Of a stretch of 44,252 bases of DNA, positions 9,552 to 19,848 are shown piece by piece. The stretch is taken from positions 1 to 44,252 of the forward strand of contig JBNMNM010000001.1 of NCBI GenBank assembly GCA_051275585.1. The letters run 5' to 3'. The DNA is from a bacterium (lineage in GTDB: Bacteria > SAR324 > XYD2-FULL-50-16 > JBNMNM01). The translations under genes were made by a program, and so were the position numbers. Position 1 is the stretch's first letter; each line of letters starts with the position of its first letter. The notes under the pieces are model-generated. The model was not told the origin of the DNA, made no database searches, and saw only the letters and a program-made list of their open reading frames with translations.

Positions 9552-9752
9552 ACCTTACCAACTCTACTAAAAATAAATTTCAAAAGATGGATAGAAAAAT
9601 AAATTTAATTTAACTTAGGTAGCAAATAAACTTTCAGTCAATAAGAAGTTTTTTCTGATTTTTGTTTTTCTCTAGGTTGCCTAAGTTGCAATTTCGTGGA
9701 AAAATTCATCCGCAATTCTATTAAGTGATCGCTGACCTTTTTTTATTCTCTT

Positions 9753-11477
9753 ATGATGATTAAATATCCTTTACAGTATCAACGTCGTAAGACCCGAGAA
9801 GTTCGAGTTGGAAATGTGATAATTGGTGGTAATCAACCAATTTGTATTCAATCAATGTTGACTACACCTGCAAGTCAAACTGAGCTCTGTTTTACTGAAA
9901 TTCAAGGTTTAGCAAATGTTGATTGCGAACTGATTCGAATTACGATTCCATCATCAAAAGAACTTGATGCTATTCCTGAAATTCGTCGTCGAATGAAAGA
10001 GGAAGGAATCCTTATTCCTTTGGTTGCAGATGTTCATTTTGTGCCTAAATTAGCAATGAATTCTTGTGAACTTTTTGAGAAAGTTCGGATCAATCCTGGA
10101 AATTTTTCTGATCGGTCAAAAAATTCAATCAAACAAGATAAAGGCGAGTCCTTTGAAGATGGAAGAGAAAGATTAAAAGAACTGATTATTCCTTTAGCCA
10201 AAAATTTAAAGCGATATGATTGTGCTGTTCGAATTGGTGTTAACCAAGGATCTCTCTCTACTAGAATGATGGAAAAATACGGAGATTCACCTGTAGGTAT
10301 GGTTGAATCTGCTTTAGAGACAATTAATCTTTTTGAAGAACAAAATTTTGATCAAATTATTGTTTCTTTAAAATCTTCAAACCCAATTATTGTTCAAAAA
10401 GCGTATCGACTGCTCTCCCAACAACTTCCTGAACTTGCAACGCCTTTACATTTAGGAGTTACAGAAGCTGGAAATGGATTGATGGGACGAATCAAAAGTG
10501 TTGCTGGAATTGGTGCTTTGTTAGCTGATGGAATTGGAGATACAATTCGAGTTTCATTAACAGAACCTGCTCATGAAGAAGTAATTTTTGCAAAACAGTT
10601 TCTTCAATCCTTTAACTTTCAAGAAGATCCAGTAAAATCTGAATTTTTAGAAATTCCATTAGAACAGAATCGAGTCAAAAATAGTTCTGTGACTTATGCT
10701 AGTACTGATTTTGGTGGAGGAAGTCATTTAAAATTAGGTCATTCCTCAGAAAGTGTACCTGCTGAAACTGATTTTCCTGTTGAGTGGGATTTTCAATATA
10801 CCAAAAAAGAACAAGATTATTTTTTGAAAGGTCAAAGCAAGCCTATATTACAATTAAAAAAATTAAGTGACCTTCAAAAAGATTTATCAAATTATAGTTC
10901 TATTTTATTTGATTTTGAAAACCCTGTTTTTCAAACACGAAAATTTTATGAGTCACTAAAAAATCAATCCTGTGATTTGCCATGTGGAATTGTTTTACCA
11001 AATAAAGAGTTAGGAAAAGATTATTTATTTGAAACTCAATTAGCAACATTGCTGGGCGAAGGGTATCTTGATTTTGTTTTGATTCCTGAAAATATATCTT
11101 CAGATCTTCTCACCCAATATCTTTTTCTTTTGCAAGCAACTCGAAGTAAAATTTTTACTACTGATTATATAGCTTGTCCTTCCTGCGGAAGAACTCAATT
11201 TGATTTACAAGCAACAACCCAAAGAATTAAAGAAGAAACATCTCATCTTGCAGGTATAAAAATTGGTGTGATGGGTTGTATTGTAAATGGGCCAGGTGAA
11301 ATGGCTGATGCAGATGTAGGTTATGTTGGAAGTGGTGTTGGAAAAATTGATTTATACTTAGGGCAAAAACAAATTCGAAAAAATGTTCCTGAAGAAGAAG
11401 CAGTAGAAGCTCTCATCCATTTAATTAAAGAACAAGGAATGTGGAAAGATAAAGATGACAATTTCAAATCAAATTAA
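9753..11477 (+). CDS. ispG: 4-hydroxy-3-methylbut-2-enyl diphosphate synthase, long form with internal insert domain
   Basis: N-terminal TIM-barrel motifs (RRKTREVRVGNV.IGG..PI.IQSM, VRINPGN, GVN.GSL) and a C-terminal 4Fe-4S domain (ACPSCGRT ... GVMGCIVNGPGEMADAD.G). They are separated by ~200 extra residues (aa ~290-480). Total 574 aa versus ~370 for the short form. Confidence 0.92.
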   Translation: MMIKYPLQYQRRKTREVRVGNVIIGGNQPICIQSMLTTPASQTELCFTEIQGLANVDCELIRITIPSSKELDAIPEIRRRMKEEGILIPLVADVHFVPKLAMNSCELFEKVRINPGNFSDRSKNSIKQDKGESFEDGRERLKELIIPLAKNLKRYDCAVRIGVNQGSLSTRMMEKYGDSPVGMVESALETINLFEEQNFDQIIVSLKSSNPIIVQKAYRLLSQQLPELATPLHLGVTEAGNGLMGRIKSVAGIGALLADGIGDTIRVSLTEPAHEEVIFAKQFLQSFNFQEDPVKSEFLEIPLEQNRVKNSSVTYASTDFGGGSHLKLGHSSESVPAETDFPVEWDFQYTKKEQDYFLKGQSKPILQLKKLSDLQKDLSNYSSILFDFENPVFQTRKFYESLKNQSCDLPCGIVLPNKELGKDYLFETQLATLLGEGYLDFVLIPENISSDLLTQYLFLLQATRSKIFTTDYIACPSCGRTQFDLQATTQRIKEETSHLAGIKIGVMGCIVNGPGEMADADVGYVGSGVGKIDLYLGQKQIRKNVPEEEAVEALIHLIKEQGMWKDKDDNFKSN

Positions 11478-12642
11478 AAGTTCAATCGAAAACTCTTCTT
11501 GGATTCGGAAAATGTTTGAAGAGGGTGGTCGTTTAGTTGAACTTCATGGAAAAGAAAATGTGTTTGACCTTAGTTTAGGAAATCCAATTTTTGAACCACC
11601 TCAGAAAGTAAAAGATTCCTTAATTGGGCTTTTAGAATCTGATGAAACAGGTTCTCATCGTTACATGTCGAATGCTGGTTTTGAAGAAACTCGTGCCTAT
11701 GTTGCTCAAAAGTTAGCAGAGGAAACCAAATTAGAGTTTCAAGCAAGTGACATTGTAATGTGTGTTGGTGCTGGTGGTGGCTTAAATGTATTATTCAAAA
11801 CACTCTGTAATGCAGGTGATGAAGTTCTTACATTTAGTCCCTATTTTGTTGAATACAGAGCCTATACTTCAAATCATGGAGCTGTACTTAAAGCAATTGA
11901 TACTACAGATATTTTTCAAATTAACTTTAGTATATTAGAAGAGGCAATTACTGAAAAAACACGAATTGTTTTAATTAATTCACCCAATAATCCAACAGGT
12001 GTAGTTTACCCTGAGAGTGAGCTTGAAAAACTTGGTAAACTTTTAACAAAGAAATCAGAAGAGTTTGGAACGACAATTACATTAGTTTCTGATGAGCCAT
12101 ATAAAAAGATTGTTTATGATGATTATGTAGTACCATCAGTATTCCAATTTTATGATGAAAGCATTGTTGTAACATCTCATAGTAAAGACTTAGCTCTTCC
12201 AGGTGAAAGGATTGGTTATATTGCGGTTTCTCCAAAAACAAAATCAAAAGATTTAGTTTTACAGGGATTAATCATTGCATTAAGAATTTTAGGGTTTGTA
12301 AATGCACCAGCTTTGATGCAAAGAGTTTTGCCTCTTGTTGATGGAGAGATGGTTGATTTAAGTGTATATCAAAAAAATCGAGATATACTCTATAACCATC
12401 TAATTAAATGTGGGTTTGAGTGTGTAAAACCTGAAGGAGCGTTTTATTTATTTCCAAAAAGCCCTGTTGGTGACGATTTAGAATTTATTCGAGAAGCACA
12501 AAAGCATAATTTGTTGCTTACTCCTGGAACAGGTTTTGGAAAGAAGGGATATTTTCGAATTGCATATTGCTTTGAAACTTCTCTAATTGAACGTGTTTTG
12601 CCTATTTTTTCTGCTTTAGCAAAACAATATGAGTTAAGTTAA
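11455..12642 (+). CDS. pyridoxal-phosphate-dependent aminotransferase, class I/II fold
   Basis: 395 aa. NSPNNPTG motif, PLP-lysine motif SHSKDLALPGERIGY and C-terminal GYFRI. The start overlaps the ispG end by 23 nt. Substrate not assignable. Confidence 0.88.
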   Translation: MTISNQIKSSIENSSWIRKMFEEGGRLVELHGKENVFDLSLGNPIFEPPQKVKDSLIGLLESDETGSHRYMSNAGFEETRAYVAQKLAEETKLEFQASDIVMCVGAGGGLNVLFKTLCNAGDEVLTFSPYFVEYRAYTSNHGAVLKAIDTTDIFQINFSILEEAITEKTRIVLINSPNNPTGVVYPESELEKLGKLLTKKSEEFGTTITLVSDEPYKKIVYDDYVVPSVFQFYDESIVVTSHSKDLALPGERIGYIAVSPKTKSKDLVLQGLIIALRILGFVNAPALMQRVLPLVDGEMVDLSVYQKNRDILYNHLIKCGFECVKPEGAFYLFPKSPVGDDLEFIREAQKHNLLLTPGTGFGKKGYFRIAYCFETSLIERVLPIFSALAKQYELS

Positions 12643-12658
12643 TAGAGATTGTACAATC

Positions 12659-13336
12659 ATGGATGCTGAGATAAACCCTTATACAAGGGCGATGCAAAAT
12701 TGTTTGAACGACTTTTCTCCAGAGTCAGATTTGCCAGCTGTTGTGGAAAGAAACACACAATTTTTGGCGAATATGATTCAAGGTCGATTTTTGCAACATT
12801 TAGCGAGTAGCATCCGAGATTATTATAATATTGAAGATATAGAGCTAGAAAAGCAATTGACGCTAGCTCTAATGAATATTCTGAGTGAACGATTCTTTGG
12901 TGTTTTTCGGGAAAAAATTAAGGCAAATTCTAAAATTGTATTCCTTCTTGCGAAACGAATTACAAGAACTGAATTTGCACCAAAGCGAGACTATGATACC
13001 ATTCGTAAATTATATTTAGGAATTTGTAGGCGATATTTCGATTATAAAAATATCGAAATGATGATTACATGGATTCAACAAAAGCCTGAAATTCAAAAAG
13101 TTATCTTCTCATCCCATTTACAAAAACTCATTTCTAATCCAAGAGATTTAAAGATCCTACAAAATATTTTACTTGAAGATAATGAGGGAGTCGTTCCGCT
13201 TATTTTTAGTCGATATCTATCAAAAAATAAGCATGATCGTTTGATTAATCTAGTAGAAACTGGAGAGTGGAAGATTGAAGCTGAGTTTGTTCTTCAGAAT
13301 CGAAAAAAACTTGAAGCTACAAAATCTTCCGAATAA
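12659..13336 (+). CDS. hypothetical protein (no recognisable motif)
   Basis: 225-aa ORF starting 16 nt after the aminotransferase stop. Predicted helical, no TM segment and no signature I recognise. Coding status rests on length and packing only. Confidence 0.55.
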   Translation: MDAEINPYTRAMQNCLNDFSPESDLPAVVERNTQFLANMIQGRFLQHLASSIRDYYNIEDIELEKQLTLALMNILSERFFGVFREKIKANSKIVFLLAKRITRTEFAPKRDYDTIRKLYLGICRRYFDYKNIEMMITWIQQKPEIQKVIFSSHLQKLISNPRDLKILQNILLEDNEGVVPLIFSRYLSKNKHDRLINLVETGEWKIEAEFVLQNRKKLEATKSSE

Positions 13337-13341
13337 AATTG

Positions 13342-13941
13342 CTATTTCTTTTTAATTTGTAACACCTTCATTTTTCCTAGTCCTGAAGCTGATGCCTGTA
13401 GTTGCACTTTAACCCTTTCAGCAAGGTCTTTTGTTCCTATCCTTCCTACACGAACTCGAAATAATTTATTATTGTCTGTCTGAACATAAGCATCAAATTT
13501 ATCTTTCTTTAGCCCATTAACAATATTAGTTGCTTTTTTTCTATTCCCAGTTGCAAAAACTTGAATTGTATAAAAATGTTTTGGCAATACTTGGGTATTT
13601 TGTTGTGTTTGAGTTGTTGTCTTCTTCTGAGTATTTGTATTTTGGTTTGTTTGTGTATTCTTTTTAATAGGATTTTTTTTCTTTGCATTCAAGTCAGTCA
13701 TATTGAAAACAGCAAGATTCTTTTTCTTTGAATTTTGTGTGTCCGTTAACTGACGATTTGTAATATTTTTTTGTTGGAATGCAAGATCATCTGGATCTCG
13801 AATAGCCTTTCCAAAAATTACTCCAAGATAAAATACAATTGCAGCAGTAACTAAAGAAAGGAGTACAAAAATAGCAAATGATTTTGTATCCATTTCCACA
13901 TTATATTTTATTGGCTCTTTCTTAGCACTTTGTGTCGCCAT
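13342..13941 (-). CDS. membrane-anchored SPOR-domain (peptidoglycan-binding) protein
   Basis: N-terminal TM helix (FAIFVLLSLVTAAIVFYLGVIF), a low-complexity N/Q/T/K linker, and a C-terminal SPOR-like fold (YTIQVFATGNRKKATNIVNGLKK..FDAYV....LFRVRVGRIGTKDLAERVK). Confidence 0.8.
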   Translation of the reverse strand: MATQSAKKEPIKYNVEMDTKSFAIFVLLSLVTAAIVFYLGVIFGKAIRDPDDLAFQQKNITNRQLTDTQNSKKKNLAVFNMTDLNAKKKNPIKKNTQTNQNTNTQKKTTTQTQQNTQVLPKHFYTIQVFATGNRKKATNIVNGLKKDKFDAYVQTDNNKLFRVRVGRIGTKDLAERVKVQLQASASGLGKMKVLQIKKK

Positions 13942-13964
13942 TTTACTCCTATTCCCAGCTAATA

Positions 13965-15365
13965 TTAGTATGCGTTTTTATGAACAAATCCGTTAAATAA
14001 AGTCAGAAATAAAATTTTAATATCAAGCCAAACTGACCAATTTGTAAGATAATAAATATCACATTCAATTCTTTTTTCTAAAGAGGTATTACCACGCCAT
14101 CCATTGATTTGAGCCCAACCTGTAATTCCTGCTTTCATTTTATGACGAAGCATATAGTTTGGAATTTGGGTTTTAAAATTATCAATAAAAACGGGTCGTT
14201 CTGGTCTAGGTCCTACAAGACTCATACTTCCAAAAAGAACATTAAAAAATTGCGGTATTTCATCTAAACTTGTCCTACGTAAAAAGCTTCCCATTGCTGT
14301 TTTACGATCATCATCTTGTTTTGCCCAAACCGCACCTGTTTTTGTTTCTGCATCAACTTTCATAGAGCGAAATTTAATCATTTTAAATTTCACACCATCA
14401 AGCCCCATTCGCTCTTGCTTATAAAAAACAGGTCCACGAGATGTAAGCTTAATTGCGATTGGAAGAATAATCCAACAGGGCAAAAAGAGCAAAATCCCAA
14501 CAACTGCACCTAAAATATCAATAGCTCTTTTAAAGAAATGATCCCACAAATTTAATGGGCTTTGTCGTAGAGCAATTACAGGTAATCCATCAAAATCTAA
14601 GACTTCAGGATTTACATTTAATGTATGAAAAATATCAGGAATGATATTCACATCAACAAGTTGCTCTGCAAGTTTGTCATTGATTACTTGTAAGTCAGAT
14701 TGTTGATCACTATCTAATGCAATGTAAACTTGATTAATATGATGCTCTTCAATTCTTTGTGAAATATCTTGATAACTTCCAATCGAGGAAAAGCTTTCAA
14801 GTCCCTTTTGATCTTTAGATATTATTCCACAAACTAGAAAACCAAGTCCACGATGCTTTTTATCTGAAATTTTTTCAGCAAATCGTTGAGCTGTTTTTCC
14901 ATTTCCAATGATTAATATTCTTCTTAAGTTTTTTCCTTTTTTATGAATAAAAAAGAAAATTTGTCGAATGATCAATCGAGAAATAGTAATGCTGCAAAGA
15001 CTAAGAATTAAAAAATATAAAACATGTGCTCGTGAATAGGAAAACTTCCTATAAAAAAATGAGACAGCAACTAAAATAATAAAAAGAGCCATTGTAGATC
15101 TTAAAATTGCTCGAAACTCAGCTTTGAATTGGAAAAAACGTTCAGGTTCATACATCTTTCCTTTTACAAAACAAAGCATTGCACAAAGAATCACGATTCC
15201 TGAGGCATTAAAATAAGCTTTGAAGGGAGGAATATTATGTATAAGTTCAGGATATTGAACCCAATAAAAACGCAGGTAATAGGCTAAGTTCCAACAAAAT
15301 CCAGTAATGGTAACATCTACAAAAAATAGGATTGTTAGTAAAACTTGTGAATATTTTTTAAGCAC
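13965..15365 (-). CDS. undecaprenyl-phosphate hexose-1-phosphate transferase (WcaJ/EpsB-like priming glycosyltransferase)
   Basis: 466 aa with a GTG start. N-terminal TM helices and a C-terminal Bac_transf domain (FKRAIDILGA..G.LL..P...I.IAIKLTSRGPVFYKQERMG..G..F.MIKFRSM ... DE.PQF.NVL.G.MSLVGPRP). Confidence 0.9.
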   Translation of the reverse strand: MLKKYSQVLLTILFFVDVTITGFCWNLAYYLRFYWVQYPELIHNIPPFKAYFNASGIVILCAMLCFVKGKMYEPERFFQFKAEFRAILRSTMALFIILVAVSFFYRKFSYSRAHVLYFLILSLCSITISRLIIRQIFFFIHKKGKNLRRILIIGNGKTAQRFAEKISDKKHRGLGFLVCGIISKDQKGLESFSSIGSYQDISQRIEEHHINQVYIALDSDQQSDLQVINDKLAEQLVDVNIIPDIFHTLNVNPEVLDFDGLPVIALRQSPLNLWDHFFKRAIDILGAVVGILLFLPCWIILPIAIKLTSRGPVFYKQERMGLDGVKFKMIKFRSMKVDAETKTGAVWAKQDDDRKTAMGSFLRRTSLDEIPQFFNVLFGSMSLVGPRPERPVFIDNFKTQIPNYMLRHKMKAGITGWAQINGWRGNTSLEKRIECDIYYLTNWSVWLDIKILFLTLFNGFVHKNAY

Positions 15366-15455
15366 GAGCCTTTTTTGATTAAATTAATCTTTTACAAAAT
15401 CTGAATATCTGAAATGGATAGATAAAATTTCACTGAACATCCTGTCAAATTCTCT

Positions 15456-16631
15456 TTAATAAGTTTTTTCTAAGAGAGTAAGGATTTCTTGTGTTATTCC
15501 TTCTTGAAAACAATCTTCACCAAATTTTCTAGCATGATCTTGAATCCATTCAGGATTAAATTCAGGTTCAATAATTTCAAATTTTGCTAAAGCTTGGTGC
15601 AAACTGTTTGCCTCTAATGCATGAAAAAAGATTCCTGTTGATTTTGTGGGGTTTGTAAAATTTTCAATAACAGTCTCTAATGCTCCACCTTTTCCATAAG
15701 CAATTACAGGAACACCATGTGCCATAACCTCTAAAGGGATCATTCCAAAGTCTTCTTCCCCTGGAAAAATAAGTGCTCTTGATCGACGAATTAATCCTTG
15801 AATTTTGCTCCAAGGTAATGAACCTAAAAATTGAATGTTATTTTTTGCCTTTTTTTCAAGCCGATTTCGTTCACTACCATCCCCAATAATAACCAATTTT
15901 TTCTGATTTTTATTAAAAACATCAATTAGCAAATCAATATTTTTGTATGGTGTAATGGCACCAAAACTTAGAAAAAATTCTTTTTCATCAAGTTGAGGTT
16001 TTTCTTTGAACAGTTCTAGCTCAATCGGAGGATAACAAACTGATGCATTTCTATTATAATATTTTTGAACTCGATCAGCAACATTTTGTGAGTTTGCAAC
16101 ATAATGAGTTACATTATTTACTGTTGTTAAATCCCATAATCTTAACATTTCAAAGAAAAATGAAGTAATAGGTCTACTCCATGAAGATAAATTCTTTAAA
16201 TATGGTTCTCTAAATCCATGACAATATCGCATTGGTGTATGGATATAGCAAAGGTGAGGTGCATTTCCTTGAATTGAAACTCCTTTTGCTGGCCCTGACT
16301 CAGAGGAGATTACTAAGTCATATTCTTTTTTTAAGGAGAGAGACTTAATACCAATAGGATATAAAGGAAATACTTTCTGGTAATGCTTTTGAAAAATAGG
16401 ATTATTTAGAATTGATGTATGAACTTGATGCTTTGCTAATGGTTTTCCGCAAGTATTAGGGTCAAAAAATAAAGTATATACATCAGCTTGTGGAAAAAGT
16501 TTTAGAATTGACTCCACAACTTTTTCACCACCACGCCAAGTAACAAACCAATAGTGAACAATGGCTACACGGAGATTTTTAAAATCTTCTTTTTTCCATG
16601 TAATTTGTTTATTTTTTTCCACTGCTTCCAA
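15456..16631 (-). CDS. glycosyltransferase family 4 (GT-B fold)
   Basis: 391 aa. C-terminal EX7E-type motif region FPGEEDFGMIPLEVMAHGVPVIAYGKGGALETV. Confidence 0.85.
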   Translation of the reverse strand: MEAVEKNKQITWKKEDFKNLRVAIVHYWFVTWRGGEKVVESILKLFPQADVYTLFFDPNTCGKPLAKHQVHTSILNNPIFQKHYQKVFPLYPIGIKSLSLKKEYDLVISSESGPAKGVSIQGNAPHLCYIHTPMRYCHGFREPYLKNLSSWSRPITSFFFEMLRLWDLTTVNNVTHYVANSQNVADRVQKYYNRNASVCYPPIELELFKEKPQLDEKEFFLSFGAITPYKNIDLLIDVFNKNQKKLVIIGDGSERNRLEKKAKNNIQFLGSLPWSKIQGLIRRSRALIFPGEEDFGMIPLEVMAHGVPVIAYGKGGALETVIENFTNPTKSTGIFFHALEANSLHQALAKFEIIEPEFNPEWIQDHARKFGEDCFQEGITQEILTLLEKTY

Positions 16632-17061
16632 AGCCTCCTATTCCTCGGTTTGTGTCATTTAAGTTTTTTACAATTTCTACAGTAATAGGTTCTAGTTTTT
16701 TTAAAATTAATTGTCCTATACGTTGTCCGATCAATTTTGTTGCTTCTTCTAGTCCATTACCTGTTCCAATATAACGCATCACCATTTGAACTATTCCTCG
16801 ATAATCAGCATCAATGATACCAACACTATTGGCCATGATAAAGTCTGATTTATAGATACTGGATCGAGGATATAACTCAGTATAAAAACCTACGGGTGGT
16901 TCTACAGAAATTCCTAAATCGAAAAAAAATATATGTTCTCTTTTTTCAATAACCTTCATTAGGGTGAGATCAATACCACTGTCACTTTCATTAGCTTTTT
17001 GTGGTTCTGTCATTCCTGAATAATGAAGGCAGATTTTTAACTTTGGAGTATTTTCTGTCAT
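16609..17061 (-). CDS. dut: dUTP diphosphatase
   Basis: dUTPase motifs SGIDL, GIIDADYRG, RIGQL and the C-terminal RGIGGFGSSG. The 3' end overlaps the GT4 start by 23 nt. Confidence 0.9.
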   Translation of the reverse strand: MTENTPKLKICLHYSGMTEPQKANESDSGIDLTLMKVIEKREHIFFFDLGISVEPPVGFYTELYPRSSIYKSDFIMANSVGIIDADYRGIVQMVMRYIGTGNGLEEATKLIGQRIGQLILKKLEPITVEIVKNLNDTNRGIGGFGSSGKK

Positions 17062-17194
17062 AAAAATATAGTTTCTTGCTATAGTGTTCTGATTTCTTCT
17101 AAATGTGAATGACTTTTCAAGTCCCTTCGTTTATCTTGCAAAGTCTTGTTATATTTTTGATTAAATAAACATCTTTCAGCAGTAATTTTATAAA

Positions 17195-19219
17195 ATGGAT
17201 CATAATTTCTGTGTTTTCTATAAACACGATCGAATGCAGTATGGTTGGATTAAGGAGCTTCGGAAAAATAAACTAGTGGTTATTCCTGAAACTGGCAATG
17301 AGGTTCTTTTATCAAATTCTCAAATTGAATATTCGTGGAAAGGAAAAAGTGTTCAGAGTGCAGAAGAGGCTATTCAGCATATCAAACACAAAGAAGGAGT
17401 AGTTGATGACTTATCTGAAGGAGTTGATATTGGAACTATTTATGAGCTTTGTGATCTTGAAAAAAGCTATACTCTTGAAGAACTTGCAACAGACTTTTTA
17501 GATCAATCTGATGATGATGGCTGGGAAAAAATTGCCTTATTAAAAGCTTTAAAACAACATTCAAGACTATTTAAGGGACGAAAGGGCTTTTTTACTCCTC
17601 GCCATGAAGATGAAATTGCAAAAATTGATCTTGAAGAAGAAAAAAAACAGCGTAAAGAAAAAAGAGAAAATCAAGAAAAAGAATGGAGTACATCCTTATT
17701 AGACGGTGTTTGTCCTAATATTGAAGATGAAGTTCAAGAGCATTGGAATGATTTTTTAGCTCGATTAAATAAATTTTTGGTATATTTAGAGCAATCCCAA
17801 GAGAAAAAGTATTTTGTATCTCTATTTAATTTTTCTTTGAGTGATGCAGTTCAACTTGAACGACAGGGAATTTCTTTACTCCAGTTGGCAGAATATCCAA
17901 CTTCATGGGGACGTTTATTAATTGAACGTGCAGGAGTTCATAATCCATTCTCTACTGATCAAGAGCAACAAGTTGCAACGATCTTAGAACAAAGTATTGA
18001 ACAAAGTTTATTTTCTATTGAAACCAAAGACCAAACTTCTTTAGAAGTTTATTCCGTAGATAATGAAGGTTCAAAAGATTTTGATGATGCCTTAAGTTGG
18101 GAAAAAACAAGTGATGGTTTTATTATTCGAGTTCATATCACAGATGTAGCTTCTTTCCTTGCTGAAGATAGTCCACTATTTAAAGAAGCCTCACATCGAG
18201 TTGCTTCTGTATATACGTTAAAAGAAATTTTTCCGATGCTGCCAAAAGAGCTATCAGAAAAACATTTTTCACTGATTGAAAATCAAAATCGAGCTGTAAT
18301 GACATTCGATTTTGATTGTGATGAAGATGGAAATATTCGAGATTATGAAATTTATCGTTCGATCATTAAAGTAAGAAAAAATTTGACATATCAGAATGTT
18401 GATGACGAAATTCAAGGGGAAAGTCCATTTTGGATTCCTCTTTGGGAATTTGCTCAAAAACAGAAACAAATTCGAATTGAAAATGGGGCTTTAGATTTAG
18501 AAAGAAAAGAGATTAAACTTGATATTTCAAACCCAGAAGAAATACAAATTCAAACAGTTCGAACAAATTCACCTTCTTCAGCACTGATTCAAGAGTTAGC
18601 TATTTTAACTAATAGTACTGCTGCTCAGTTTTGCCAGACAAATGAGCTTGTAGGAGCATATCGAACTCAAGCTCCATACACAATAACACGAGAATTAGAG
18701 GAAGGAGAGAAGCCAACACTGCAAGACTTACAAATTAAAGGTGCAAGAATTTCACTACAACCAAGTGTACATTCTGGATTAGGTGTTGATAGTTATATTC
18801 AGGCCACTTCTCCAATTAGGCGGTTTATTGATTTAATTACTCAAAAATCAATTTTTTATCACTTAGCAGAAGAGAAAAACCTTTACTCTGAAGATGATTT
18901 ACTTCCTTGGGCAAAAACTTGTGAGGAAACTCAAAAGGAATATACTCAATTGGAAAGAGCACTAATTAGTCATTGGAAGTTAAAATACTTAGCTCAACAT
19001 ATTGGTGATGAATTTAATATGGTTTTTGCTTTCTACTTAAAAAATGGGAAAGCATTAGTTCGAATTTACGATCTTGATTTTAGTATTGACTTAGCTTTAG
19101 ATGGAATTGAAGAAAAAGAAGAATTTATTGGGAAAATTGAGCAAGTAAACTCAGATTACCATCGTCTTGTTATTTCCAAGGTAGAAAAGTTAGAAGATGT
19201 AGCTAACGAATTATCTTAG
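17195..19219 (+). CDS. RNB-domain 3'-5' exoribonuclease (RNase II/R family)
   Basis: 674 aa. RNB catalytic motifs DFDDALS and YIQATSPIRRFIDL, with a C-terminal S1-like segment. Confidence 0.85.
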   Translation: MDHNFCVFYKHDRMQYGWIKELRKNKLVVIPETGNEVLLSNSQIEYSWKGKSVQSAEEAIQHIKHKEGVVDDLSEGVDIGTIYELCDLEKSYTLEELATDFLDQSDDDGWEKIALLKALKQHSRLFKGRKGFFTPRHEDEIAKIDLEEEKKQRKEKRENQEKEWSTSLLDGVCPNIEDEVQEHWNDFLARLNKFLVYLEQSQEKKYFVSLFNFSLSDAVQLERQGISLLQLAEYPTSWGRLLIERAGVHNPFSTDQEQQVATILEQSIEQSLFSIETKDQTSLEVYSVDNEGSKDFDDALSWEKTSDGFIIRVHITDVASFLAEDSPLFKEASHRVASVYTLKEIFPMLPKELSEKHFSLIENQNRAVMTFDFDCDEDGNIRDYEIYRSIIKVRKNLTYQNVDDEIQGESPFWIPLWEFAQKQKQIRIENGALDLERKEIKLDISNPEEIQIQTVRTNSPSSALIQELAILTNSTAAQFCQTNELVGAYRTQAPYTITRELEEGEKPTLQDLQIKGARISLQPSVHSGLGVDSYIQATSPIRRFIDLITQKSIFYHLAEEKNLYSEDDLLPWAKTCEETQKEYTQLERALISHWKLKYLAQHIGDEFNMVFAFYLKNGKALVRIYDLDFSIDLALDGIEEKEEFIGKIEQVNSDYHRLVISKVEKLEDVANELS

Positions 19220-19254
19220 AAAATTGAAGTAACCGTTTATTTTGAGTCATTGTT

Positions 19255-19848
19255 TTGAAAAGACAAAAATATGAGGATACTGAAGTTAAAATTATTCAAG
19301 CTGCAATGCAAATATTTTCAGAAAAAGGTTTTAAGGCTGCAACTACAAAAATCATTGCAAAAGAAGCCCAAGTTAGTGAAGTAACATTATTTCGCCATTA
19401 CAAATCAAAAAGTGAGCTTTTTCAACAAATTTTAAAGCAACTTACTGATAAAGGTTTTTGTTCTTCAACTATTATTAATGAATCGCTTGATCCAGTTGAT
19501 GGAGTTCGCTTTTTAATTTTAAAAATGTTTGAAATCTTTGAAGAACATTCACAAGCTTTACGATTATTGTTATACGCATTAATTGATGATGAAGTTACAG
19601 GATTTGAAGATGTTTTTGTTAAAAATAATATTATACCTGGACTGCAATTTTTGACAGGAATATTTACAGAATTACAAGCAACAGGGAAAGTATCAAAAAA
19701 AGTAAAACCATCTATGATGGCTGAACTTTTAATTGCTCAAGTTTTTGGAGTGTTGGAAAATAGACGTTTTATGCAACACTCTCCAATTGCAAAAGAAAAA
19801 AAAGATGAATTGTGCGAAGCAATTATGGAAATTTATATTTTTTCTTAA
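19255..19848 (+). CDS. TetR/AcrR-family transcriptional regulator
   Basis: The N-terminal HTH (IIQAAMQIFSEKGFKAATTKIIAKEAQVSEVTLFRHYKSK) is typical of TetR_N. TTG start; any downstream ATG would truncate the HTH. Confidence 0.85.
   Translation: MKRQKYEDTEVKIIQAAMQIFSEKGFKAATTKIIAKEAQVSEVTLFRHYKSKSELFQQILKQLTDKGFCSSTIINESLDPVDGVRFLILKMFEIFEEHSQALRLLLYALIDDEVTGFEDVFVKNNIIPGLQFLTGIFTELQATGKVSKKVKPSMMAELLIAQVFGVLENRRFMQHSPIAKEKKDELCEAIMEIYIFS

Noticed and set aside
9612-9687. Long-range inverted repeat AACTTAGG ... CCTAAGTT in the 200-nt divergent region between the rhodanese gene and ispG, possibly a leader or riboswitch.
   Set aside because: Only 8 bp pair, enclosing about 60 nt of AT-rich sequence. 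There is no resemblance to a riboswitch class I know, and it may equally be chance.
17062-17194. Candidate -35/-10 elements (TTGCAA ... GATTAA) in the dut/RNB divergent region.
   Set aside because: The -10 match is poor, and many equally good AT-rich hexamers exist in the region. It is not reportable without 5'-end mapping.
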